A stretch of DNA of 50,253 nt. Source: Gemmatimonadota bacterium (GTDB taxonomy: Bacteria > Latescibacterota > UBA2968 > UBA8231). Position numbers and translations under genes: made by a program. Below are positions 39,591 through 48,670 of this stretch, one piece after another. The stretch lies in NCBI GenBank assembly GCA_038128265.1, contig JAYPJE010000030.1, positions 1-50,253 of the forward strand, written 5' to 3'. Position 1 is the stretch's first letter. Every line of letters starts with the position of its first letter. Below the pieces are notes generated by a model. The model did not search any database. It was not told where the DNA came from and saw only the letters and a program-made list of their open reading frames with translations.

Positions 39591-40787
39591 GTGCGCGACA
39601 TTACGTCGTTACTCAATGAAGCACTGCCCGAGCTCGTCGCGTTTCGCCGCGACCTGCACCAGCATCCGGAGCTGTCGTACCGAGAGGAGCGCACGGCGGC
39701 ACAGGTGCTGGCGCAGCTGCAGAAAATCCCCGGCATCGACCTGCGCACGGGAGTGGCCGGCACCGGTATCGTCGCCACGCTGGCGGCGGATCGCGATGGC
39801 CCTTGTGTAGCGCTGCGCGCCGATATGGATGCCCTGCCGATCGAAGAGCAGGGGACAATGCCCTACCGTTCGCAGGTCGTTGGCACCATGCACGCCTGCG
39901 GCCATGACGGGCACACGACCTGTCTAGTTGGAGCGGCGCAGGTGCTGGCGGCGTGCGTCGACGAACTGCAGGGCCCGGTAAAATTTATTTTCCAGCCAGC
40001 CGAAGAGGGGGGCGCCGGCGGCAAGCGCATGTGCGAGGAGGGCGCGCTAGAAGGGCCGGACGTGGCGGCTATTTTTGGCCTGCACGGTGCGCCCGATATG
40101 GAGGTGGGCCAGATCTTTCTGCGCACCGGTCCCGTGTTGGCCAGCGCCGATGAGTTCGAAATTGCCGTCGAAGGGTTGGGTGCCCACGCTGCCTTCCCGC
40201 ACCAGGGCATCGATACGGTGTATATCGCGGCGCAGATTGTGGTGGCGCTGCAGACGATCGTCGCGCGCAATACGGATCCGCTCGACAGTGCCGTCGTCAC
40301 CGTTGGTCACATCGCGGCCGGATCGGCCAGCAATATCATTCCGCAGACGGCTCGGCTGGTCGGCACGGTGCGCGCGCTGAGCGAGGAGACGCGCCAGCAG
40401 ACCATGGCGCGCGTGCGCCAGATTGCTGAACACACGGCCGCTGCCTTTGGTGGGCGCGCCGAAGTGCGCTTTGCCGAGAATGGATACCCAGCCACGCATA
40501 ACGATGCGCGGGCGCGCGCCGTTGCAGAGGAGGTGGTGGGCGAAGCCTTGGCGGAAACAATTACCGCATTGGAGCGGGAAAAGCCCATTATGGGCGCCGA
40601 GGACTTCGCTTTTTACGGCCAGCGCGTGCCGGCTTTTATGTTTGGGCTTGGCCTGCGTCCCCAAGGTGCTTCGTCCTATCCCATGCTACACCAGCCCGAC
40701 TTTGATTTTAACGACGATGCCATTGCGCACGGCGTGCTGATGCACGTGGAAATTGCGCGGCGCTTTGCCCAAAAGTGGGGTGCGTAA
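39591..40787 (+). CDS. M20D family amidohydrolase
   Basis: LHQHPELS, LRADMDALP, MHACGHDGH, FQPAEEG, GAEDF; GGAGG RBS with GTG start. Confidence 0.93.
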   Translation: MRDITSLLNEALPELVAFRRDLHQHPELSYREERTAAQVLAQLQKIPGIDLRTGVAGTGIVATLAADRDGPCVALRADMDALPIEEQGTMPYRSQVVGTMHACGHDGHTTCLVGAAQVLAACVDELQGPVKFIFQPAEEGGAGGKRMCEEGALEGPDVAAIFGLHGAPDMEVGQIFLRTGPVLASADEFEIAVEGLGAHAAFPHQGIDTVYIAAQIVVALQTIVARNTDPLDSAVVTVGHIAAGSASNIIPQTARLVGTVRALSEETRQQTMARVRQIAEHTAAAFGGRAEVRFAENGYPATHNDARARAVAEEVVGEALAETITALEREKPIMGAEDFAFYGQRVPAFMFGLGLRPQGASSYPMLHQPDFDFNDDAIAHGVLMHVEIARRFAQKWGA

Positions 40788-41929
40788 TGCGCTTCTTCTT
40801 TACGTCGCAGGGCCGCACGGGCATGCTGGATGCGGATGGCAGCGGACTGCGCTACTTTGATTTCGACGTGCCCCTGCAGCAGACTTGGCAGCCGTGTGCG
40901 TTTTTTTCTGACGGGCGTCGGGTGCTGTTTTTAAGTATGGAAGAGCGGCGCGACGGGCCCGGCCGATCTTTTGCCGAGTACTATCACAAAACCCCCACGC
41001 ACTGTTGGGTCTACGATATAGAGTGCGACACTTTAGATGAGGTTTTAACGCGAGAGCGCCGCGCCGTCTTTGAGACGCCGCAGCTGCTGATAGGTGACGA
41101 TCGCCTGCTGCTGCAGGTGGTGCGCGATGAGGGAGGGCAGGTGTTTAACGTCGCGCTCGACGGCACGGACGCGCAGCCGTTTACGCAGCTGGGCGAAGGA
41201 CTGCCCTACGGTTTTTCGGCCAGTCCGGACGGACAGCGCATGGCCTATCACTTGGCCAGTCCGCAGGGCTATCAGATTTGGACGAGCGATGCGTATGGCC
41301 AGCATCGCACGCTGGTAGCGGCCGATCCAGAGCTGCTATTTTTCGGGCCGCAGTTCTCGCCCGACGGTGCGTGGCTGGCTTTTATGGGCTGTCGGTTCGC
41401 CAGCGATCCCGGCCACGATTGGGCCGACGTGTATATCGCGCGCCCCGATGGCTCGGAGCTGCGCGCGCTTACAGAGGGACAGCAGGTATGGTTTGCCGCC
41501 ACCTACGGACCGCCCATCCGCCGCGGAGGGGGGTCAAACTTGGTAGCTTGGGAGGATGATGGTACGCTGCTAGCGCCCCGCCGGTCGCCGTCGGCTCAGG
41601 TGCCGTGGGTCTATCAAGCCCATCGCCCGGACGTCGATCACTTTAATCGCGAATTTCAGCCGGAAAGAGCGAAAGGGGGCGTGCAGATCGCGCGCTTAGA
41701 TATTGCCACGGACGCACAGCAAGCGCTGACGCCGCTGCGCGACGGCACCTGGGACTTTCGCGCTAGCGCTTCGCCCGATGGAACCAGGCTGCTCTTTTGT
41801 CGAGCTGAGACGGGCGCATCGCCTGGCGTGTGGGTGGCCGATGCGGGGGGCGCCGATGCCCGCCGAGTGACCAGCGGCCTGGACGGCGAGGGGGCCGATC
41901 ACCCGCGCTGGGTACCGCACATAGGCTGA
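40787..41929 (+). CDS. TolB-like (PD40) beta-propeller protein
   Basis: Repeated SPDG motifs, DGS.LR.LT, C-terminal HPRW; TAATG overlap with the M20 gene. Confidence 0.75.
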   Translation: MRFFFTSQGRTGMLDADGSGLRYFDFDVPLQQTWQPCAFFSDGRRVLFLSMEERRDGPGRSFAEYYHKTPTHCWVYDIECDTLDEVLTRERRAVFETPQLLIGDDRLLLQVVRDEGGQVFNVALDGTDAQPFTQLGEGLPYGFSASPDGQRMAYHLASPQGYQIWTSDAYGQHRTLVAADPELLFFGPQFSPDGAWLAFMGCRFASDPGHDWADVYIARPDGSELRALTEGQQVWFAATYGPPIRRGGGSNLVAWEDDGTLLAPRRSPSAQVPWVYQAHRPDVDHFNREFQPERAKGGVQIARLDIATDAQQALTPLRDGTWDFRASASPDGTRLLFCRAETGASPGVWVADAGGADARRVTSGLDGEGADHPRWVPHIG

Positions 41930-41941
41930 CAGAACGCCGCG

Positions 41942-42577
41942 TTACAGTTTGCTGAGCGTCAGCTGCAGTCCCGCGTAGTAGTAGTCTGCACAGGGCTCAC
42001 ACAGCGAGTGCGTAACTTCGCTTGGTGGGTCAGCAACCCACTCGGGAACCCAATCCCACTGCGTGCTGCTGCCTTGTCGACGCACTTTGCGGCAGTGAGA
42101 ACACTGCGCTATGAGCCCATTGATGTTCAGGTAAACGGCTTTTACCGGCTGGGCAGACACTTCTGAATGGGCGCGCTCTTCAATCAGGTGATTGATTACC
42201 ACTATCCCTTTTTTTGGTAGGGGGTATGCGCTCTGCTTAAAGCGTCTGTAAAGACTGGGGCTGGAGCAGTCGTAGTCGTGGTTCCACGTGTTGCGGTTTC
42301 CCATGACCATCTTATAGGCATCCAGGTAGAATTGGCGCAGCGGCTCGCTCATGAAATCGCCTATGAAGGTGCCAATGCCCGTGAAGGTGTCCTCGCACGG
42401 ACCGCCGTTGTCGCACCCAAACGTCAGATAGGCCGGGTTGATGTAGGCTAGTTCCATAGACGAGTCGAGGGCAAAAGAGGGATCCGGGCTGCCTTCAAGG
42501 AAGGCGAAGTTTGCCTCGCGCAGAACATCGGCAAATCCGGGGGCGATCCGATTGGATGGTATGGTATCCATAGTCAT
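41942..42577 (-). CDS. Hypothetical PAS-like protein with C-terminal CxxC...H.xC..C motif
   Basis: LD....LAYINPAY..F, YDCSSP, CSHCRKVR...WDWV...THSLCEPC; ATGA overlap with the upstream gene. Confidence 0.65.
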   Translation of the reverse strand: MTMDTIPSNRIAPGFADVLREANFAFLEGSPDPSFALDSSMELAYINPAYLTFGCDNGGPCEDTFTGIGTFIGDFMSEPLRQFYLDAYKMVMGNRNTWNHDYDCSSPSLYRRFKQSAYPLPKKGIVVINHLIEERAHSEVSAQPVKAVYLNINGLIAQCSHCRKVRRQGSSTQWDWVPEWVADPPSEVTHSLCEPCADYYYAGLQLTLSKL

Positions 42578-43476
42578 ACACCTCTGTAGACGTCGTCCTG
42601 TGGTTCGTACGCCAAATACTGGCGCGTGGCGTCTAGATTCCACGGCATATCGCGGTTGTTTGACATGCCGTGCACTACAACACACCCCCCCGGCCACGTG
42701 CTGCCATCGGCTTCAACGGCGCGCTGAAAGAGCTGGCAAAAGTCGCGGTTGGAAAGCCACATGCGCTTGTACCAGCCGTCGGTGGGACTTTCCTGCTGTC
42801 CGCCGTGGGCCTGCGTCGGCGTGCCAGCGGCCGAAAGCGTGTCGGGGCGATTGGCGCCGGGCTGACACCAGCCGATGCGCACGCAGGCAAAGGTCGTCGA
42901 CCCGTTTGCCCGCCGACCCAGCGCCTGGCAGTGGCGTTCGCCAGTCCACTTAGCCGTGGCATAGACCGTCGAATCCATATCGCGTTGGCCTGTGTGCCAG
43001 AGGGTGCCGACGCCGGGCTCTAATTCCGGCCGCAGCGCACCTGCGCTCATGTCGCGGTCCTTGTAGCGGCCCATGACGTGGTTTGACGTGGCGAAGACGT
43101 AGCGCTCGACGGTCTCGCTGTCTGCGGCGGCGTGTGCCGTATTGAAATTCATGGCTGCCGACGCGTCGACGTCGCTCCACGAAGCCTCTGGAAAAGGGTT
43201 CTGCGCCGCAAAGTGCACTACGGCTTCAACGCGATCAAACGCATCGCGCCAGCGCGCGTCATCCCAATCCGTCAGATCGCACGCGACGAATTCGATGTCC
43301 ACCGTGCGGCCATTCGCCGCGTCGCGCAGCGCGTCGCGATGCGTCTGGTCAGCCTCTCTGTAGTCGAGGGCAATCAGGCGCGGTGCCGTGCTGTGGGCGG
43401 CCAGGTGAAGCAGCAGCTTCCAGCCGAGGTTGCCCAGCGCGCCGGTTACGCCAACGCTGCGCGTTGTTTCCGTCAT
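42574..43476 (-). CDS. NAD-dependent epimerase/dehydratase family, uronate dehydrogenase-like SDR
   Basis: VTGALGNLG, VHFAA, ATSNHVMG, YATAK, RIGW, WLSNRD. Confidence 0.82.
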   Translation of the reverse strand: MTETTRSVGVTGALGNLGWKLLLHLAAHSTAPRLIALDYREADQTHRDALRDAANGRTVDIEFVACDLTDWDDARWRDAFDRVEAVVHFAAQNPFPEASWSDVDASAAMNFNTAHAAADSETVERYVFATSNHVMGRYKDRDMSAGALRPELEPGVGTLWHTGQRDMDSTVYATAKWTGERHCQALGRRANGSTTFACVRIGWCQPGANRPDTLSAAGTPTQAHGGQQESPTDGWYKRMWLSNRDFCQLFQRAVEADGSTWPGGCVVVHGMSNNRDMPWNLDATRQYLAYEPQDDVYRGV

Positions 43477-44555
43477 TAGGCTATGGCAGCGAACTTGAGG
43501 CACACGGGCCGGGGCACGCTGGCCACAGCGCCGGTCGTTTCCAGTGCGCCCGTATTGGCGTCGATGCGGAAGGTGTGGATGTCGTTGGTATCTTGGTTAG
43601 CTGCTAGCAGATAGGTGCCCGTCGGATCAATGGCAAAGTTGCGCGGATTCTTGCCGCCGGTTGGCTCATAGCCGAGCACTTCGAGCTGACCTGTAGTGTC
43701 GTCGATGGCGCAGATGACCAAGCTATCGTGGCCCCTATTGGAGCCGTAGAGAAATTTTCCGTTGGGATGCACGTGGATATCGGCCGTGTGGCTGGTTCCC
43801 GCAAAGTCGGCTGGCAGCGTTGAAACCGAACCTGTGGCCGCTAGCGTGCCGGCCTCGGCGTCGTAGTCGTAGGATACGATCGTATTGCCCAATTCGTTGA
43901 TGACGTAGGCGTATCGATTGTTGGGATGGAAATCAAAGTGGCGCGGACCCTGCCCGGCCTCGACCTGCATAGAGGGCTGGCTGCCGGCGACCAGTTTGCC
44001 GCTGCCGTGTTCAATCTGGTACATCACGATCTTGTCCATACCCAAATCGGGCGCAAAAGCGTGCGCGTTGTTGGGCGAAACCACGATCGAATGGGCGTGC
44101 GGTTCGCCCTGCCGGTTGGGATTGACGCTGGAGCCTTCGTGCTGGACAAAGTCACTGGCCTCGCCGAGCGAACCGTCCTCGCGCACGGGCAGGATGGCCA
44201 CGCTGCCGCCGCCGTAATTGGCCACTAGGACGTAGCGCCCCGTCGCATCTACGCTGACGTGGCAAGGGCCGGGACCGACGGTCGATTCGGTGTTGAGGTG
44301 GGTCAGCGAGCCGCTGGCCGAATCAATGGCGTAGGCGCCAACGGCACCGCCGGGCCGCCCGTCTACCTGGCCGACCTCGCCGATGGCATAGAGAAAGCGG
44401 CGGTCGGGAGAGAGGTCGAGGAACGAAGGATTTTCAATTTCGCCGTGGGTGCTGATGGGCGATAAGGCACCGCTGGCCATATCGAGGCGCTGAACGTAGA
44501 CGCCCTCGCTGCCGCTGTTTGAGTAGGTTCCGATATAGACGAAGTAATCGCTCAT
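43476..44555 (-). CDS. Lactonase family (6-phosphogluconolactonase/YbhE-like) beta-propeller
   Basis: YIGTY, NPSFL, GPCH, ANYGGG, PHAH, GPRHF, SNRGHDS, PRNF. Confidence 0.92.
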   Translation of the reverse strand: MSDYFVYIGTYSNSGSEGVYVQRLDMASGALSPISTHGEIENPSFLDLSPDRRFLYAIGEVGQVDGRPGGAVGAYAIDSASGSLTHLNTESTVGPGPCHVSVDATGRYVLVANYGGGSVAILPVREDGSLGEASDFVQHEGSSVNPNRQGEPHAHSIVVSPNNAHAFAPDLGMDKIVMYQIEHGSGKLVAGSQPSMQVEAGQGPRHFDFHPNNRYAYVINELGNTIVSYDYDAEAGTLAATGSVSTLPADFAGTSHTADIHVHPNGKFLYGSNRGHDSLVICAIDDTTGQLEVLGYEPTGGKNPRNFAIDPTGTYLLAANQDTNDIHTFRIDANTGALETTGAVASVPRPVCLKFAAIA

Positions 44556-44765
44556 GTCGTGGGACTCCGTAGTAGTAGTGTAGATGAAAGAGCATGCACA
44601 AAGCGCTATTGCGGGCGCGTTCGAAGCACCTGCTACGGCGCGGCTACCGCTTTGCGGTACCCAATTATGTATGCGATGAGATTCGCGTAGTCAATGGCAA
44701 CGCGTGCGAAAAGAGAGCCTCAGTGCTGCGCGCAATACGTTCCACGTAGCGCAAATAAGGGTGCT

Positions 44766-45020
44766 CTACTTTCGCGACATACCCTTGGTAAAGACCTTGC
44801 CTTGAATAATTTTATGCGCCGGCTTGCCTTCCATCATGCGCTGTCGAGCAAATTCTTGACCGCACTGGGGGCAGGTGCAATCGCCCGCCGTGTAGTCTTC
44901 CGCAATGCGCTCGACGAGGCATTTTACCAGGCCACCGCGTCCGCCCTTGTAGTACTTGTAAAGCAGCGTCTTGCAGCCTGCACAGTGTATTGATATCGTG
45001 CGGATATCTTTGCGTGCCAA
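44766..45020 (-). CDS. Small basic Zn-ribbon hypothetical protein
   Basis: Probable TTG start just after the PhyH stop; CAGC...LYKYYKGGRGGLVKC...CPQC...KIIQGKV. Confidence 0.65.
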   Translation of the reverse strand: MARKDIRTISIHCAGCKTLLYKYYKGGRGGLVKCLVERIAEDYTAGDCTCPQCGQEFARQRMMEGKPAHKIIQGKVFTKGMSRK

Positions 45021-45031
45021 TAATTTGTCTC

Positions 45032-45781
45032 TTATACAGCTGGGAACAGCTCGCCCTCGATGCGCTGTCCCTCCTGCAGATTGAGCGGGTCCGTTACGAC
45101 GTGGTTTTTGGCCACGTAGGTCGTCGTTTGATCCATAAAGATGACGACGTGCGCCACGCGCGGTTCGTCTGTCTGGTTGGGCACGGCCATGTGGGCGCAG
45201 CGCGCGTGGTGAAAGGTGCAGTCGCCCGCCTGTAAGGGCAGCGTTACGCGCTCCTCGTACTCCAGCTCGGGGCACTTGCCAAACAGATCGCGTCCGTCGA
45301 GCAGGTTCTGGGCCGTCAGTTCCGTGTGTCGATGGGAGCCGGCGATAAAGCTCATACAGCCGCGTTCCACCGGCACGTCGCACAGGGCGATCCACGCCGA
45401 TAGGGCATTGGGCGAGTTGGCGTGTGGCCAGTAGGGTTGGTCTTGGTGAAATTCCGTAGCGACTTGGTTATTGGGCTGCTTGATGAGAATGTGGTCGTGC
45501 CAAAGGCGCAGGGGCGCGCCGGCCAAGCGCTGCGCGACGGCACCCACGTTTTTGTGCAATGTGAGTGCGCGCATGGCATCGTCCTCGCGCCAGACGTTGA
45601 CGTGCTGGCTGAAGACGGGTCGATTGCGTCCTTGGTCTATGCGCGCGCTGGCTGCCAGTGCGGCCTCGTGAAAATGGGCGGCTTCTTCCTTGGAAATAAT
45701 GCCGGGTATTTTTACAAAGCCGCGCTGGTGGAAGCGATCTATCGTCTCGTCACTGAGCGTTTCGGGCGTCGTTTGATACAT
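45032..45781 (-). CDS. PhyH family Fe(II)/2OG dioxygenase
   Basis: FHQRGF, LWHDHILIKQP, FHQD, FIAGSH, AHMAVPN...R; GAGG RBS. Confidence 0.92.
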   Translation of the reverse strand: MYQTTPETLSDETIDRFHQRGFVKIPGIISKEEAAHFHEAALAASARIDQGRNRPVFSQHVNVWREDDAMRALTLHKNVGAVAQRLAGAPLRLWHDHILIKQPNNQVATEFHQDQPYWPHANSPNALSAWIALCDVPVERGCMSFIAGSHRHTELTAQNLLDGRDLFGKCPELEYEERVTLPLQAGDCTFHHARCAHMAVPNQTDEPRVAHVVIFMDQTTTYVAKNHVVTDPLNLQEGQRIEGELFPAV

Positions 45782-45853
45782 ATCATAGCCTCTGTTCAAA
45801 GCAAGTGTATACGGCAACAGGTCGGGCGTGCACTCGTGGCAAACGCGAGAAAT

Positions 45854-46552
45854 CTATTCTCGCAGGACTATTCCGTCCAGAAAGCTAATGGCAACGAGGT
45901 GCTCTTGCACGGCATCGATATCGCGTTCGTCAAAGTAGCCACGCTTGCCGTGCGACACCTCCCACGATACGCGCAGCGTCGGATTGAGGTGGGGCATGGC
46001 AAACGACGCAGCGTCTTTTAGCGCATCGCGAAAGGCGCGCTGGCGCGTGCGGTTGTCCTGCCCTGGGCCTTCCAGCAGTGGAGGAAAGAGCGGGTCGTCG
46101 CTCTTGAGTTGGGTAAAGCTCGTTTCACCGGGTAGAGCCGGACGCTGGCGGCAGGCCGTCCTATAGGCCTCTACGTCAAAGGCACATCGGCTGTAAAACG
46201 ACGCGGCATCCAGCGTGCGCAGGCGGTGCGTGTTAAAGTGCTGCTCCTCGTCAAACTCAAAAATAAAGCTATAGGGCGCGTCGAAATAGGCATCCACCCG
46301 CATGGGGCCAAAGCGCAGCGCGTTGGCGTGGGCGTCTATGCGCGACGCCAGCGTCCAACGCCCTTCGACAAGGGCTGCATAGACGGCTTCGAGATCACTC
46401 CATATGGCCGCGTACTGTGCCCGGCTGGGTACGCTAGGCAGCCAGTCGAGCGTCGCCTCTAACGCAAAGGTCGCCGGCTGGCCACAGTGCGCTTCCAGTA
46501 GCTGCGCTAGTCGTTCAGCTATGCCGCGCAGTTTTTCTCCGCGTCCGCTCAT
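45854..46552 (-). CDS. Hypothetical protein, possible restriction-endonuclease-like (PD-(D/E)xK/Vsr-like) fold
   Basis: MRVDAYF...IFEFDEEQHF...RQRAFRDALKD...LRV pattern. Confidence 0.55.
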   Translation of the reverse strand: MSGRGEKLRGIAERLAQLLEAHCGQPATFALEATLDWLPSVPSRAQYAAIWSDLEAVYAALVEGRWTLASRIDAHANALRFGPMRVDAYFDAPYSFIFEFDEEQHFNTHRLRTLDAASFYSRCAFDVEAYRTACRQRPALPGETSFTQLKSDDPLFPPLLEGPGQDNRTRQRAFRDALKDAASFAMPHLNPTLRVSWEVSHGKRGYFDERDIDAVQEHLVAISFLDGIVLRE

Positions 46553-46567
46553 TGCACATAGACGTGC

Positions 46568-47314
46568 CTAGTGGAAATGCGCGTCGGCGGCGTGCATTTC
46601 ACCCAGGCCCTTTCCATGCGTCATGCGCATGAGCTCCCTTTGCCGCTGCGTTAGACCATCAAACCACTCGGGCGGAAAGCCGTCGTGCGGATCGAGCTGA
46701 AAAAGCAGCATGTGCTTGCGGTAGTGGCCGAAGAGGGCGTGGCGACTGCGGTCGCTGGTATTGGCGCCGCCGCCGTGCCAGCACTGGCCGTTAAAAACGA
46801 TGACCGAGCCAGCCGGGGCTGTCGGTTGGATCTCGTGCTTGACGTCAAAGCCTTCCGGCGGCGTGACCAATCCGCTGCGGTGCGAACCGGGCACGACGCG
46901 CGTGCCGCCGATTTCCGGCGAGAAATCGTCGAGCATCCACACGGTATTCATCATAACGGGCGTGCCCATATTGAGCATGGTGCCGGGAATGTCGCTGTGC
47001 AGGCCCTGATAGCCGTCGCCGGGGCGCACGATGCGCGAGTTGAGGCTGCCGAGAATGAGCGATCGCTCGAGAAAGTGCTCGAGGATGGGCAGCACGCGCG
47101 GATGGTCGATGCACTGGTGAAAAATGGGATCGAGCACCGGCAGATTGGACACGTGGCGCGCCGAGCCGCGGTGCGCGTGCTCGGTGCCGACTTCGCGTTC
47201 GCAGCGAATGAGCACTTCGCGCATATCGGCCGCTACTTCGCTGCTGAGCACGTTTTCCAACAGCGTAAAACCGTAGACTTCGACCTCCGTTATAGATTGC
47301 TGTATTTCGTCCAT
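46568..47314 (-). CDS. PhyH family Fe(II)/2OG dioxygenase
   Basis: YGFTLLENVL, LHSD, WMLDDF, VVPGSH, WHGGGAN...R; GGGAG RBS. Confidence 0.92.
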   Translation of the reverse strand: MDEIQQSITEVEVYGFTLLENVLSSEVAADMREVLIRCEREVGTEHAHRGSARHVSNLPVLDPIFHQCIDHPRVLPILEHFLERSLILGSLNSRIVRPGDGYQGLHSDIPGTMLNMGTPVMMNTVWMLDDFSPEIGGTRVVPGSHRSGLVTPPEGFDVKHEIQPTAPAGSVIVFNGQCWHGGGANTSDRSRHALFGHYRKHMLLFQLDPHDGFPPEWFDGLTQRQRELMRMTHGKGLGEMHAADAHFH

Positions 47315-47394
47315 AGATAGACTCCCAGTGGTGTTTAGATGATCGTACGTAGAATGGAGCGCGCACCGGCTGCGGCGTTATTGCCGCCGGTGCA

Positions 47395-48423
47395 TCAGCT
47401 GTCGAGCACGTCGGCGGCATAGGCAAAGAGCGCTGGGTTACCGCCCGTGTGCAAAAAGACCACCGGGCGATTCGCGTCGAGCTGTCCTTCTCGAATGTGC
47501 TCAAAGAGCGCGGACATGGCCTTGCTCGTATAGACGGGATCCAGCAAAATGCCTTCGGTGCGCGCCACCGTGCGCAGGGCGTCGAGCCCGGCGGGCGTGG
47601 GCAGGCCGTAGCGCTCGCCGACAAACGAGTCGTCGTTGTCGAAGTCGCTGCCGTGCAGTTGGAGATTCAGTCCCAAACGCTGGGCGCCGCTGTTGGCAAT
47701 CTGTGCCATTTCTTCGCAGCGCTGCGGCACGTCTTTCATGGGACAAATACCGCGCACGTGCATGGCGCTCTGCAGGAAGGATAGGCCGAGGCCGACGCCG
47801 GCCTGCGTCGTGTCGAGCGCGCAGAGATAGAAGTGCGACGGGTCGATATCGAGGGCACGACACTGCTGGACCACTTCTAGCGCCGACTCGGCGTAGGCGA
47901 TGGCGTCGAGGTCGATGGTATCGGCCTGGCGCGGCCAGTAGACCTTTTTGCCCAGGGCCTCCTGCTCGGCAATTTTGGCCAGTATGGCCTCCTTTTGGGC
48001 GGCGTGGTCGTATTCGCGCATGACGGTGACGTGCGCGCCAAGCAGGCGCTGCAGCAGGTTGTTGCCCTGCTGGTCAACGCGGTCGACGGGGCGCACCGGA
48101 CGCAGAACGAGGTGCAGCTCTAGGCCGAGTTTGGCGCAGGCAGCCGACAGCTGTCGGCAGTAGTTGCTCTGCACGGCCGATCCGGCGACAACGGTATCGG
48201 CCCCCTTTTGCAGCGCATCGGCCAGGGCGAACTCGAACATGCGCGTCTTGTTGCCGCCCATGGCCAGACCCGTCAGGTCGTCGCGCTTGATGTATATGGG
48301 CGGACCGCCGAGGTGGGCGCTGAGGCGCGGCAGGTGTTCCAGCGGCGTCGGGCGCACCGACGCTAGCGGCACGCGCGGTAGCTGGGCTATGGCATCTGTG
48401 AGCTGCGCTTCTCTCTCCGTCAT
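47395..48423 (-). CDS. PLP-dependent D-cysteine desulfhydrase/ACC deaminase family protein
   Basis: PTPL, IKRDD...GGNKTR, QSN, EGILLDPVYT, FLHTGG. Confidence 0.88.
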   Translation of the reverse strand: MTEREAQLTDAIAQLPRVPLASVRPTPLEHLPRLSAHLGGPPIYIKRDDLTGLAMGGNKTRMFEFALADALQKGADTVVAGSAVQSNYCRQLSAACAKLGLELHLVLRPVRPVDRVDQQGNNLLQRLLGAHVTVMREYDHAAQKEAILAKIAEQEALGKKVYWPRQADTIDLDAIAYAESALEVVQQCRALDIDPSHFYLCALDTTQAGVGLGLSFLQSAMHVRGICPMKDVPQRCEEMAQIANSGAQRLGLNLQLHGSDFDNDDSFVGERYGLPTPAGLDALRTVARTEGILLDPVYTSKAMSALFEHIREGQLDANRPVVFLHTGGNPALFAYAADVLDS

Positions 48424-48541
48424 CTCGCATCCTCGTCGAGTTTGGCATCGCGCCGGTTGAGACCTGTTATACGGGCCGATTAGTTAGCAGAATGCGCGGC
48501 TGGGTGTCAAGGAGTAGCCAGTGGAGGAGCGGGCAATAACA

Positions 48542-48579
48542 CAGCGCGCCCCCTGCATGGCAATACAGAGGGCGCGCTG
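48542..48579 (-). terminator. Stem-loop downstream of the MotA-like pair, probable terminator
   Basis: On the minus strand a 17-bp stem with two G-U pairs, CAGCGCGCCCUCUGUAU / AUGCAGGGGGCGCGCUG, then UGUUAUU. Confidence 0.6.
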
Positions 48580-48670
48580 CGCTGAAAAGAGAGATAAGGA
48601 ATATGATGAAGGTGGTATTATGATCGACCGAAAATGGCAAACCTTGAGTTATTTTAGGTCGTCGGACGCC

